Shown in pieces: positions 35,350 through 49,575 of a DNA stretch of 64,000 nt. The notes below the pieces were generated by a model. The model did not search any database. It had not been told where the DNA came from and worked only from the letters and a program-made list of their open reading frames with translations. The stretch lies in the NCBI RefSeq assembly GCF_009914755.1, contig NC_060925.1, one strand, 5' to 3'. Every line of letters begins with the position of its first letter. Within the stretch, counting starts at the first letter, position 1. The stretch comes from the human T2T-CHM13v2.0 reference genome, Homo sapiens. Both the position numbers and the translations under genes were made by a program.

Positions 35350-36290
35350 CACCAAACTTTTAGAATAGGGAGTAAATACAGACTAGGCAACAGTAGAGAA
35401 ATTTCCTGGACTTCTCAAGTTCATGATGGAAATTGGTGAATGTCTTCGACAATTTGCTCTTAATGCAGATGGAATCAGTCTCTCATGGAAACAGATAACT
35501 TCCTTCACATTTATTGCATGTGAAAAAACTGTGTCTGGCTTTAAGGCAGTCATGGACCATCTTACTCTCTTCCTTAGCAGAAACTCAACAGAGAATTTAA
35601 AATTAAAACTCCAGCTTGTTCATCACACAGATAACCATACAATACAAACAAGCTAAAAATAAATCAAATTTGCTGTATTATAGTATTCAAATTTGAATAT
35701 AGTATTTGAATATGGTATTCAAATACTACATGTCCTTGGAAGAAAACATTACATTTTAAATTTCTTCCATGCAACACAAAATGATACAGCAGCTGATAAA
35801 GCAGAAAGTAAATGTGTATCCAGGATGCACTGGATGTAACACCCACTTTTATAGCTCATCAAGGATACTGAGGCTGAGGGTGGAATGTGTCAGGGATTTT
35901 GGTACAATCCCCTGCCACCAGGTTAAGAAAAATATTGAAAAATGATGGTGGGAAGTGATATGGATAGTGTGTGGAAAAGAGTCTAATTTGAGACAGGACA
36001 TGATTTCCTTAGTCTTGAACTTGATAGGCCTCAAATTCCCAACACTCCATGGTTTATACAACTGGATAGTCTTAATGAGGTCATGGAAGATGATGTGGAA
36101 GTGGCATTAAATCTTTACAATGAGTCCTTAGACAGCAAGTGTTGCTGCTACTGAGGAGAGTCCAAAGGGTTTGCTAATACATAGAACTCTAACATGTACA
36201 AAGGGGCCAAATATAGTTTTGAAAAAGAGACCCTAAAAATGGGAACCATAGCAGTGAAGTCTTAAAGAAGATGCCAAAAGCACTGACCTA
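35350..36290 (+). mobile_element. TcMar-Tigger transposase fossil
   Basis: LNADGISLSWKQITSFTFIACEKTVSGFKAVMDHLTLFLSRNSTENLKLKLQLVHH resembles Tigger FNVDETGLFWK..GFKASKDRLTLLLG.N..GD.KLKP; later FLPCNT and KNIEK*WWEV..VWK motifs. Confidence 0.8.
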
Positions 36291-36479
36291 CATAATTAAG
36301 TGATGTCAGGAAAGAGGATAAAGCAGATGCTTTTAGAAAAAAATCATTATTTCTCGATTCACAGAAAGACACAGAAGGGGATTAGCCCAGGATGAGAAAG
36401 TTGAGAAGACTATGCCTTAACAGCATGGTCTCTCTTTCAGGTTGTCACACTTCCTCTCTTAGGGAAAACAGTCTTGGAA

Positions 36480-36810
36480 CATTAGAACCATAATGAATAT
36501 TAGAAATAATCTATGCCAACCCCTTATAATATAGCTGGGGAAACTGAGGCACCACAGGTAGTGATTAATTCAAGGTTGCACAGCTAGTAACAGGACACCC
36601 AGAACTAGAGCCCACCTTCAGACTTTTTGTGTTCTCTGGTTTAGAAATTAGAAGACTGGATCTAGCCCTGGTTCCTAAACCAACGAGCTATGATACATTA
36701 AAAAGACTCTATAATCTCTCTATGCCCAGTTTTCTCATCTCCTCTGTTTCATGGTTAGAGTAAAATGAAGATGCGGCATGTAGCATTCATTATAAAAGAC
36801 AAATAGTACT
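36480..36810. mobile_element. Two adjacent MIR fragments in opposite orientation
   Basis: ggggaaactgaggcacc...aaggttgcacagctagt (minus) and ctctctatgcccagttttctcatc (plus). Confidence 0.55.
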
Positions 36811-38241
36811 ATTCAAAAATAAAATATTTTTACCAGATGGTATCTTCTTGAAGTTTAAGGATGGGTATTAACTTTGTATCTTTCCCAGGTTCTAGCACAG
36901 ACATTACATAAATATCAGTGAAATGAACTGAACTATCTTCAATTTTTATGAACTCAAAATAACCCAATTGTGTACAACAGGGAAACAGTCCAGCAGAACG
37001 ACTTCCAAGAAGGCTATATTGAATACTCAAAACAATAAATGTACTCTTTGGGGAAAAGCAATACCCATCTGCAATGTAGTCTTAGATCTGGTGATCACAT
37101 CTAGTAAGAATTCAGTGATATAAAGCTGGGTGGGAAAAAAAAATTATTACATTTCCAGACTTTGGAACCCAACAAATAATTTCTAATTATTATGCAACTT
37201 CTTTTCCTTATTTCTCTATTTCAGTAGAGGAGACTTCTACTGAAACTAATCTTTCCTATATTAGCAAACCAAATAAATTTAAAAATATAGAACCACTCAA
37301 TCGGGTAATGATTCAATATAATTGACATCTACTTAAAAATACTATCAGTCTTTATGAACCAACTCATTCATTAAATATCTCAAATAATAATTCAGTTTAA
37401 GCTAAGCATTTGAACTTTCTAAAAATAGAACCTACTCTGTTGATACAAGCTGACAATATTTAATTTGCTACCTAGTTTTAAGTGGGAGAACATACAAGTT
37501 ATTTTAAATTCATAAAATGTTGGCTTTTGGTTTCTATTTGTCTCTGTACATTTTAAAATGTCTTTCCTGTAAACCAGGACATCAAATGTCTTATGCTAAT
37601 GTCTATTCTGTTGCATCTTCTCAGAGAACATTTATCATTCGGTACATAAGAATGATACCTTCCTTCATTGTGAAATTGGCTGAATCTCAATATATTAATA
37701 TTTTGTGAAATTCAACCAACTTGCCGCCAGTACTGTCAGGAAAGAAACTGGTCCAAATTAACAAACTTGATTTTACCTCTCAGCTCTGGAGCATAGCAAC
37801 ACTAGTTAATTTCATCATTAGAAATTTCCAGAACCAAATTCTACCAGATAAAATGGTACTACTGCAAAGGAAATGAGATACCTGAGAGAAACCAGATGAT
37901 CTTCAAATTTGGTTTCCCTCACTGAAGAAATTCCTGATAGTGCATTTTAATATACACAGCTTCCCCTGCCATGATCAAAACTTTCTTGGGGTCTTACATT
38001 TCTGTCAACTGACATTTTTCAATTCTCAAAGGTGGAAAAATGCTCCCAGAGACATGGTCATCATCCCCATATCTTGTGACAGCAATGCTCTCTCTAGGTT
38101 GTTCTCACCCAAGAATTTTGATGTGTTAATTATGGTCATGGGTAAACTTTGTTTACACATAACAGATAGCAATATTTTAATGTCTATTAGCAGCTCCCTG
38201 AATATTTAAGTTTAGGGAAATCTTATTCTTATTTCACTCAC

Positions 38242-38321
38242 AGAAGTTCCAGAGGAGAGAAACTGCTTCTACAGGATCAAAGAAGACATCCCAACATCCC
38301 ACATAGTTTGGCCTGAGCAAA
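38242..38321 (-). other. Candidate exon B
   Basis: Donor TCT|gtgagt at 38242; acceptor ccctgttatag|TTT at 38321 (in-phase alternative tttgctcag|G 9 nt downstream); one open frame. Confidence 0.35.
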
Positions 38322-38574
38322 CTATAACAGGGATTTTCTTAGCAATAGTCTCTACCTCAGGGTGATAAGAGGAAACGAGATGAATGAGAGCATCAACATG
38401 TGACCTGTGTATTGTTCAAGGGGGTGTGAACTATTTCTTTATCAAAAGTCAGACCAGATAGGCGAAATAAATTGATTGGCTCTAGAAGTAGTTCAGTGAG
38501 GATCCTCAGGATCCTGTAAGATAAAGGGTCTGATATTACTGCTGAAGGCTATATGGAGTCACATTGCAGACCAG

Positions 38575-38810
38575 ACGCTTTCTAGTCAGACAGATCTGAG
38601 TTTGAATTCTGACTCCATCACTCACTAATTGAGTGACTTTGGACAAGTCACTTAACCTTTCTGAACCTGTTTCTGTATGTGGGAAGTGGGGATAACATTG
38701 ACTGTACGTGGGGATAACATTCTGTACGTGGGACAGTGGGCTACTATGGGAATTAAGTGGCAGGCGAATGTGAATGCTTAACCCAGTGCCTGGCACACAG
38801 CAAGAGTTGA
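38575..38810 (+). mobile_element. MIR SINE with short internal tandem duplication
   Basis: gtcagacagatctgagtttgaattctgactcc...gacaagtcacttaacc; gtgggataacatt(ga)ctgtac twice. Confidence 0.75.
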
Positions 38811-39411
38811 GAAAACGTCTAATTCAGGGGATTGGAGATGTGACCAAAAGGTTTAACAAAAGGTTATATGTACTAAGCACAGAGGAGTAGTGTGCTATCG
38901 TTATAAGTGAGAGGGCATGACAAGTCCAGAAACTCCATTTAAATCTTCTCTTTTTCTAAGTAAATGATTGATTATTAGTAACCATGTAAATGGAGTTAGG
39001 ACTAGAATTTAAAAAACAGATTTAAGTAATAACTGGGGATGATTTTAAGAACAATATGGGTAAAGATATCAAACTGTATTATCATCTGACAATGAAGAAG
39101 TTTATCAGCTAAAGAAGACAAAAAGAACAATGCACAACATAAACACTCAAGTGATTCCACTGATGTAAGCTCAAGTATCGCTGATAATTTTTAATATATG
39201 AATTGTTACTTGTAATCATGATCTTCCATTAATAAAGTTTCCTGAAGCATTCAGAAATTTGGTAGCAAATGAGATACCAGGACTTTCCATTTATATAGTT
39301 GCTGTGCAAATCATCTCAAACCAGTTGTTACTGCCCAAAGTCTGTCTTCTGGCAATAAAGGTGAAAGTACAATAGCCTTCAGAATATTTCTAACTAATAG
39401 TTTCAATATAC

Positions 39412-39508
39412 CCCTTAGGAATTCCTTCATGTGTACTTGGCTGGATCAGTGGAGAATGATACAATAGTCTTTTCATTGTCTTCTGAAGTCAGTTGTTGCC
39501 CATCTTAT
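39412..39508 (-). other. Candidate exon A (contains ATG at 39476)
   Basis: Acceptor aatagttttcag|ATA at 39508; weak donor GGG|gtatat at 39412. Confidence 0.3.
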
Positions 39509-40751
39509 CTGAAAACTATTTGTTCAATAGATAAGAAACTAGGTTATAATTTTCACATATACATAAGCCAAATCCATATTTTTATCCTTGAAAGGGCTAA
39601 AAACATATCCTGGCCTCCCAAAATTTAGTTATTCCTAAACATTTGAGAAACTGCTATTTCCATTTTTCAGGACAAGCTGCATGTCCAGAGGGAGGCAATA
39701 GAACCTAAGAAGGAAATGTATACAGTTTGAATAAAACATGTTCAACATTCTATTTTTTTAATATTTAGAAACAAAAGAATGATAAAGGATTTTCCCAAAG
39801 GTACAGAAAGAAAAAGGCTCAGTTAATTTTCTCGACTGGTAAAGGAACCCAGAAAACAAATAGAGCAATGATCACTCCTTATCTCTTTTTGGTTTTCTCT
39901 TTTTGCAGGCAGAGCATAAAATAATTTCCAGAGAAATAGGAGATTTTTCTTTTTCCAAAAAGGGCAGAGGTTATAAAAAGGTCGAAAAACACCTATAGAA
40001 ACATATCAGCTGGAGAACTATTTAAACATCACTAGGGACAACATATTCTCCCCATGAGGCATGTTGCAGGAAGGAGATGAATTGTAGTCTTTAATCTCCT
40101 CTGTGGTCAATGGAGCCCCAAAAATCAGATTGTAAACATTGGAATACTAGCTTGAGTGGTTTCACCAAAGACTTTATTGCAGTAACTGTATTAGACCTTT
40201 GTTGTTATTGGTTCTATTAGGAGCAATAGCTTTAGTTTGGATGAACGAGATCCCTGAAAGGGGATTCACTGCTTTACAGAACTGCTAATCCTACATTCAT
40301 TTTAAAAGGAAAAATAAATATTGCCCTGATTATTGTCAATTTTATGTAAACTTAATACATATTACTATTTTTAAAATGACCTTTCACTTAAATAAGACTA
40401 GTATTGATATGCCCAATTTTACTATAAAAGCAGAGGGTTTTTTATTATATTAAAAGTATGGTTGCCTTGTGTTATGAAGTATATGACTTCAGCACCTTCT
40501 ATTAGATTTTTATTTCTTTGCATCATTGTGACATCTGCTCAGGTGTTTTCAATCTCATTTCTTAGATGTGTTTCTCCATCAATGTTAGATTTTTAAATTA
40601 AAATAATACTTTACAGAAAAGAAAAAGTCACCTTTCTTTGGGCAAAATGACTAGTCCAAGATCATTTGTACAGATCTCAACAACTATATAATGGCAAGTC
40701 TGGATATCTCATCTGCTACGAAATTTCTGAATGACTCCGGAAAGTTTTTAG

Positions 40752-41150
<399 letters not shown>

Positions 41151-42594
41151 TATATTATTAATATAATGGGAATGCAGAATGATTCAAATGAAACTGAATG
41201 GCATCGATGTTAGGCTCTGGGTTATTGTTGAGTGGGTTGTGACAAAAATTTGGGGTTTTGCTATTCTTGGGTCCTGGTTGATAAAATAGTTCAAATAAGG
41301 GTGACCTCGAGGCCAAGTAGGTGGCAAATAATCAGTTCAGAATCTCAAACAGCAGTGGAGGTTGTTTGTGGAGTTGTGTAGCAGAAATGCTTATGCAGCC
41401 CAGTTCAGTAAACATGTTACATCACCTTGCATGAGGGATATATAAAGACAGTGTTTACTGCCATTGATAAAGCCCAATATATATGTGCCAAAGCTAGGAC
41501 TGACTGGCTGAAACTGCGGAGCAAGGCTGCTCTGCAGATAAAGTATTGAACGAGACAGCTGAGCTCATCCAGAGATAGGCTAAAATAAGACTATAAAATC
41601 TGTCATGGAAAACAGAGAGCTTTTGGATCATCTATAGCAGCTAGGACAGTCTTCCCCTCATGTCCAGCTGGGCAACTTTAAACTCCTTTTCTGTATGCAG
41701 ATGTTTTATCCCGTGAACAGCTCATGACTAGACAACAACTGCATGAGGTGTACTTAACTGTTGAGATGCTGAATTCATTGGCACCAGGTCCCTACATCAA
41801 ACTCAGAAGACCTCTTTAAAAATCAACTGTGTAACTGTTGGCTATTTAAATAAGTCATTGCATTTGTAAGACTGACCACTGGATGCTTTTGTCATTTCAA
41901 TTGCCTTGCAAGCCAGGACAGGTTCCCATGTGCTTTTCTAGTAAATGAAGGAAGGAAAAAAAACATCAAATATTAGATGTCATTAGAGATTGCATACAGA
42001 TTAAGGAAGAAATTATAATATGGATCCAAAGCACTAGAACTACTCTTAAATGGAGAAATAATTTGAAAGGACTCATATGGTTAGCTTGGTGAAGAAAATA
42101 TAATAGGAGTAGCATCTTCTAAGGCTTTAGTCCAGACTTAATTATTTGCTTCAGGAGAGTGAATTCAGAGAATCACTCTTGAATTTAATGATAATTTCTA
42201 GATTTTCTTTTGAATCTAATGAATTATATCTGGCATTTAAGTCTTTACATAACATAAAAGGGACCCAACACTTTTTGAGATGGGTGAAACAAACATTCTA
42301 CATATAGGTTTGCTCTCAATCAATATAGGCTAGAAAATTGCGAGACTATTTTCAGGATTTTGACGTCAATTTCTGTACCTATTGGCATAAAAGACTAATA
42401 TCCCATTTTCTCATTTTGTATGATGTTTTGATTTCAGGAATGCAAGTTCTATTTAACATTTAAGTATCTACAATACTCAAAATACTGATATTTAGATATA
42501 TTAGGAATGGTCTTTGTCCAAAAGACAGGCATCTCATAAAAATGTAACTTAACCTCAAAAAGAAATTGAGCTTGTCACCCAGGGTACAGTTTCC

Positions 42595-45500
42595 TTTTTT
42601 TTATGGTTTTTTTAAATACTTTAATTTCTGGGATATAAGTGCAGAATGTGCAGTTTTGTTACATAGGTATACACATACCATGGTGGTTTGCTGCACCCAT
42701 CAACCCGTCATATACATTAGGTATTTCTCCTAATGCTATCCCTCCCCTAGCCCACCACCTCCTGACAAGCCCCTATGTGTGATGTTCCCCTCCTTGTGTC
42801 CATGTGTTCTCACTGTTCAGCTCCCACTTATGAGTGAGAAATATGCAGTGTTTGGTTTTCTGTTCTTGTGTTCGCTTGCAGAGAATGATGGTTTGCAGCT
42901 CCATCCATGTCCCTGCAAAGGACATGAGCTCATCCTTTTTATGGCTGCATAGTATTCCATGGTGTATACATGTCATATTTTCTTTATCCAGTATATCATT
43001 GATGGGCATTTGGGTTGGTTCCAAGTCTTTGCTATTGTGAACAGTGCTGCAATAAACATACGTGTGCATGTATCTTTATAGCAGAATGATTTATAATCCT
43101 TTGGGTATAATACGTGTGCATGTGTCTTTATAGCAGAATGATTTATAATCCTTTGGGTATATACCCAGTAAAGGGATGGCTGGGTCAAATGGTATTTCTA
43201 GTTCTAGATCCTTAAGGAATTGTCACACTGTCTTCCACAATGGTTGAACTAATTTACACTCCCGCCAACAATGTAAAAGCATTCCTATTTCTCCACATCC
43301 TCTCCAGCATTTGTTGTTTCTGACTTTTTAATGATCGCCATTCTAACTGGCATGAGATGGTATCTCATTGTGGTTTTGATTTGCATTTCTCTAATGACCA
43401 GTGATGATGAGCTTTTATTCATATGTTTTTTGGCCGCATAAATGCTTTCTTTTGAAAAGTGTCTGTTCATATCCTTTGCACACTTTTTGATGGGGTTTTT
43501 TCTTCTAAATTTGTTTAAGTTGTTTGTAAATTCTGGATATTAGCCCTTTGTCAGATGGGTAGATTGCAAAAATTTCTCCCACTTTGTAGGTTGCCTGTTC
43601 ACTCTGAAGATAGTTTCTTTTGCTGTGCAAAAGCTCTTTAGTTTAATTAGATCCCATTTGTCAATTTTGGCTTTTGTTGTCATTGCTTTTGGTGTTTTAG
43701 TCATGAAGTCTTCGCCCATGCCTACGTCCTGAATGGTATTGCCTAGGTTTTCTTCTAGGGTTTTTATGGTTTTAGGTCTTACATTTAAGTCTTTAATCCA
43801 TCTTGAGCTAATTTTTGTATACAGTGTGAGGCAGGGATCCAGTTTCACCTTTCTGCATATGGCTAGCCAGCTTTCCCAGCACCATTTATTAAATAGGGAA
43901 TCCTTTCCCTATTTCTTGTTTTTATCAGGTTTTTCAAAGATCAGATGATTGAAAATGTGTGGCATTATTTCTGAGGCCTCTATTCTGTTCCATTGGTCTG
44001 TATATCTGTTTTGGTTTTAGTACCATGCTGTTTTTGTTACTGTAGCATTGTAGTAGAGTTTGAAGTCAGGTAGCATGATGCCTCCAGCTTTGTTCTTTTT
44101 GCTTAGGATTGTCTTGGCTATGCAGGCTCTTTTTTGGTTCCACATGAAATTTAAAGTATTTTTTTTTCCAATTCTGTGAAGAGAATCAATGGTAGCTTGA
44201 TGGGAAGAGCATTGAATCAATAAATTACTTTGGGCAGTATGGCCATTTTCATGATATTGATTCTTCCTATCCATGAGCATGGAATGTTTTTCCATTTGTT
44301 TGTGTCCTCTCTTATTTCATTGAGCAGTGGTTTGTAATTCTCCTTGAAGAGGTCCTTAACATCCCTTGTAAGTTGTATTCCTAGATATTTTATTCTCTTT
44401 GTAGCAGTTGTGAATGGGAGTTCACTCATGATTTGGCTGTTAGTCTGTTATTGGTGTGTAGGAATGCTTGTGAATTTTGCATATTAATCTTGTATCCTGA
44501 GACTTTGCTGAAGTTGCTTATCAGCTTAAGGAGATTTTGGGCTGAGACGATTGGGTTTTCTAAATATACAATCATGTCATCTGCAAACAGAGACAATTTG
44601 ACTTCCTCTTTTCCTATTTGAATACCCTTTATTTCTTTCTCTTTCCTGATTGCCCTGGCCAGAACTTCCAATACTATGTTGAATAGGAGTAGTAAGAGAG
44701 GGTATCCTTGTCTTGTGCCAGTTTTCAAAGGGAATGCTTCCAGTTTCTGCCCATTCAGTGTGATATTGACTGTGGGTTTATCATAAATAGCTCTTATTAT
44801 TTTGAGATACATTCCATCAATAACTTGTTTATTGAGAGTTTTTAGCATGAGGGCTGTTGAATTTTGTCAAAGGCCTTTTCTGCATCTATTGAGATAATTA
44901 TGTGGTTTTGTCATTGGTTCTGTTTATGTGACAGATTACGTTTACTGATTTGCATATGTTGAACTAGCCTTGCATCCCAGGGATGCAGCCAACTTGATCA
45001 TGGTGGATAAGCTTTTTGATGTGCTGCTGGATTCAATTTGCCAGTATTTTATTGGGGATTTTCGCATCAACGTTCATCTAGGAGGTTGGCCTGAAATTTT
45101 CTTTTTTTGTTGTGTCTCTGCCAGGTTTTGGTATCAGCATGATGTTGGCCTCATAAAATGAGTTAGGGAGGGGTCCCTCTTTTTCTATTGTTTGGAATAG
45201 TTTCAGAAGGAATGGTACAAGCTCCTTTTTGTACCTTTCGTAGAATTCAATGTGAATCCATCTGGTCCTGGGCGTTTTTTTGTTGGTAGGCTATTAGTTA
45301 CTGCCTCAATTTCAGAACTTGTTATTGGTCTATTCAGGGATTCGAATTCTTCCTGGTTTTGTCTTGGGAGGATGTATGTTTACAGGAATTTATCCATTTC
45401 TTCTAGATTTTCTAGTTTATTTGCGTAGAGGTGTTTATAGTATTCTGTGATGGTAGTTTGTATATCTGTGGGATCGGTGGTGATATCCCCTTTATCATTT

Positions 45501-46003
45501 TTTATTGCATCTATTTCATTCTTCTCTCTTTTCTTTTTTATTAGTCTGGCTAGTGGTCTATCTGTTTTGTTGATCTTTTCAAAATACCAGCTCCTGGATT
45601 TATTGATTTTTTGAAGGGTGTTTCCTGTCTCTATCCCTTTCAGTTCTGCTCTAATCTTAGTTATTTCTTGTCTTCTGCTAGCTTTAGAATTTGTTTGCTC
45701 TTGCTTCTCTAGTTCTTTTAATTTTGATGTTAGGTGTCAATTTTAGATCTTTCCTGCTTTCTCTGTGGGCATTTAGTGCTATAAATTTCCCTCTACACAC
45801 TGCTTTAAATATGTCCCAGAGATTCTGGTACATTGTGTCTTTGTTCTCATTGGTTTCAAAGAACATCTTTATTTCTGCCTTCATTTTGTTACTTGCCCAG
45901 TAGTCATTCAGGAGCAGGTTGTTCAGTTTCCATGTAGTTGTGTGGTTTTGAGTGAGTTTCTCAATCCTGAGTTTTCATTTGATTGCACTGTGGTCTGAGA
46001 GAC
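42595..46003 (-). mobile_element. 5'-truncated L1PA7/8-like LINE-1
   Basis: ORF2 fragments ([30 protein letters not shown]); primate 3'UTR; T-rich tail near 42595. Confidence 0.92.
43058..43161. repeat. 52-bp tandem duplication inside the L1
   Basis: atacgtgtgcatgt(a/g)tctttatagcagaatgatttataatcctttgggtata twice, one mismatch. Confidence 0.95.
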
Positions 46004-46445
46004 TAACACATACATAGTTGTTTGAGGATGAAGGTAAAAGTTGGCTTTAATGTGTATTTCTTTTCTGCAGAAAAGGAATCATCGCTTTTATCAGCCTAAA
46101 AATTGGCCAAGATCATTATTTTGGTGTTTGAGTTGTAGACTCTATTTATATATAGTACCAGATGTCCATTACTTCTGAAATAAGGAGGCTGACAGTTTGT
46201 TATAATTACAAACTGTATAGAGAGAATACTTGATAGATCTTAAGAAATATTCAACTATTTTAGTTGAAAAACTGCTTTTCTTGGAGTAACTGACCATAAA
46301 TTTGTCATTCAGATAGATCTGGTTTACTGCTTGTGGAAAGGAGGGAAAGGAAAAGGGAAAGTCTTTGAACAATTTAAAAGTAATGTCTTAATATATTAAA
46401 AAATAATAATTAGGAATGTGAAAGTACTAGCGGGAAAATGTAATT

Positions 46446-47374
46446 TTTTTCTTTTAAAAAATTATTATTATTTTAATTGACAGATAACTGTATACATTTA
46501 TGGGGTACAGTGTGATACTTCAACATATGTATACAATGTATAATGACCAAATTGAGGTAATTAGCATATCCATCATCTCAAACATGTATCATTTGTGTTG
46601 GGAACATCCAAAATCTTCTCTCTTACTATTTGAAAGTATAGAATAAGTTGTTGTTATGTCACCCTATAGCGCTGTGAACTATATTGCTCCTATTTAGTTT
46701 TTGTATGTTAACCAACCTCTTTCTATCTTCCCACCCCCTTACCCTTCTCCCCCTCTAAGTAATGACTATTCTACTCCATACTTCTTATCAACTTTTTAAG
46801 CCTCTACATATAAGTGAGAATGTACAGTATTTATCTTTCCATGCCTGGCTTATTTCACTTAACATAATGTCCTCCAAGCTCATTCACGTTGCTGCAAATG
46901 GCACAATTTTGTTCATTTTTATGGCTAAATGGGATTCCATTGTACATATGCCACATTTTCTTTATCCATTGATCTACTGATGGACACATAAGTTCATTTC
47001 ATATTTTGGCTATCGTGAATAGTGCTGCAATAAACATGGGAAAGCAGATCTTTTTTGCACATTCAGATTTATTTTCCTTTGGATATATACCCAGTAGTGG
47101 GATTATTGGATCAGAAGACATATAAATGACCAACAGGTATATGAAAAAATGTTCAGCATCACTAATCATCAGGGAAATGCATATCAAAACCATTGGGAAA
47201 TATCAACTTATCCCAGTTAGAATGGTTATTATCAAAGAGACAAAAAGAACAAACACTGGTAAGGATACAGAGAAAGGAGAACGGTTACACACAGTTGGCA
47301 GGAATTTAACTTAGTATAGCCATTATGAGAAAGTAAAGTTAAAAAGTAAAAATAAAGCTACCATATGATCTAGC
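46446..47374 (-). mobile_element. L1MA-like 3' end with 5' inversion (twin priming)
   Basis: Sense part 46446-47112 on minus strand, inverted part 47113-47374; TSD aaaatgtaatt (46435-46445 / 47375-47385). Confidence 0.88.
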
Positions 47375-47489
47375 AAAATGTAATTCTTAACATAAACAGT
47401 TGAAATGAATTCTGAACTTAGGACCAATATTAATTATAAAATTGATTTTGGAACACATATACACACACACACGTATATATATACACACA

Positions 47490-47830
47490 CAATCAGGAGT
47501 TGCTTAGCAATGGGGATACATTCTGAGAAATATGTCATTAGATGGCTTTGTTGTTTTGTGAACATCATAGAGTGGACTTAAACAGTGGTATAGCCTACTA
47601 CACACCTAGGCTATATGGTATAGCCTATTGCTTTTAGGCTATAAATCTGTACAACATGTGACTGTATTGAATACTGTAGGCAACTGTAACACAATGGTAA
47701 TTATTTGTATATCTAAATATTTCTAAACATAGAAAAAGGACCATAAAAATATGGCATTATAATCTCATGAGAGCACTATCATACATGTGGTCTGTAGTTG
47801 ACTGCAACGTCGTGGCATGGTGCATGACTA
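47490..47830 (+). mobile_element. Tigger3a non-autonomous DNA transposon
   Basis: ggggatacattctgagaaat...ggtatagcctactacacacctaggctatatggtatagcctattg...gcatgacta, in TA-rich context. Confidence 0.88.
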
Positions 47831-49547
47831 TATATACACGTATGTATCATGGATACCAAAGCACCTAAAATTCAAAGCCATAAGGTAACCTTATCATTTT
47901 ACTAACAGTTTTTGAACAGCAGAATTGAGCAATCTTAATAACGTAAGTTTTAAAATATTGTGAACAATCTGAAGTAGTCAGAGTCACTATAAAATAAAAT
48001 GCATCAGAGCAATAAAGGAAATTTAATGACAAAAAGGCTGCCTACTGACTTTCAAGCAACCCAGAATCCACTATTTGAAACATTAAGTATAATATCTGGG
48101 GCTCCTGGTACTGAAAAGACTATCTTGCAGAATTTCATATCCCTGAAGTTCATGACACAGTAGGCACTTAATAAGTATATGTTGAATGAATTAAGTGAGT
48201 CTAAAGATTCCACAGGCTAGGAATACTTGGGTCAGTTGGTACTGACTCCACTGCCATCACAATCCTAGTGTTAATATCTGTTGTCTTAGATGAATCCACA
48301 GAGAAGGGAGCTCTTGGCAGCGTTAAAAATGTGGAGCTAGTTTTTCAGAGCTGAGTCAGAAGGTAAGCAATGAGCTGGGAGGAAAGGGAAGAGGTAAGGA
48401 AAGATATTATAAATGAAATATATACATCATGTTTGTGAGAACACAGGCTAGCTTATAACACAATCATTATCTGAGTAAAGGGGGTATTAGTTTATTCATT
48501 CTTATAAAGAACTACAGTGGTTCCCATCATACATCAGCATTGGTATGATTTGATAAATGTCTAAAGATGGATTTTTCTTACATATACATGGATACTGAGT
48601 AAGGTAAGACATACATAAATAAGAATCCGATACAAAATCCTACTCATAAATGATAAATTTCCAACAGTCTGACTTTAACTTTCAGTTAATAAAAGCACTT
48701 TTGTGTTTGAAATATACCTATTCAAAATATGCAATCTTGTTTATATGAATGGAATTGGCAGTAGGGGAAACAATGACAAATCTGTGTCCACTGAAAATAG
48801 AATCCTCCATCCTCCCCAATCCATCTTCTGTTCCCTTGGGTTCCAACAAAGAGGCTCTAGGAGAAGAAGCAGCATTAGGATGCCACTGGTGGTGGTGACT
48901 GCTGTTGGCTGCATCTTCACCCTAAGATGCATGTCTGTCTAGTGGTGGAAATAAGGGTCTCTGTAGCCCAACCAGCCAGTTCTATGCTGCCACTCAGTCT
49001 CCAGTGTTCATTATTGAGGCCACATGAGGGCAAAACCTTCCATTCCTCTCCTCATTCCCCTCCCCTAGCTGAGCATGGAATAGACATTAAGTAAGGCCTC
49101 CTTCGTGGAGAGCATTTCCCCCACTTGAACATTCTCTCACAGGCCCCCTTTGTTCCCTGCCCTCCGCCCCATCTACATGCTGCAGCAGCAGTCGCCCAGA
49201 TGTTCTCTATCAAAGCCTGAGCCATGCCAGCAAACTTTGGCACGCATGAAAGTGCACTGAGTACTGGCCCTCCAGAAATACCTTTTCCCCCCTCTGATTT
49301 CTGCAAATATTTTTAAATTTTAATGGGTTCCACTCACCCACAATGTAGGGGGAGGTTGCAGAACAGGACTCTGTGTGTCCAGCAAATTGCAGCCTGAGGA
49401 TACTGCTTGGCGCCTAGGTTCTGTCCCACCCTCGGGGCATTGGCTGGGGTTCTCCAACCTTGAACTGTAGAGGCCAGTTTGCCAGCACATAGCTTTCTAG
49501 TGACAGAGGTTAGATAGGTCATTGACAGGAAAGTTGCTTTAGGCTAC

Positions 49548-49575
49548 TAAATAAATAAATAAATAAATAAATAAT
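49548..49575. repeat. (TAAA)n microsatellite
   Basis: aaataaataaataaataaataaataaata. Confidence 0.9.

Noticed and set aside
41701-41820. Plus-strand acceptor ccttttctgtatgcag followed by a ~39-codon open frame
   Set aside because: No convincing partner exons or recognisable protein
49052-49522. Two adjacent minus-strand ORFs with a gtgagt donor at 49337
   Set aside because: Implied intron is only ~34 nt; no homology recognised
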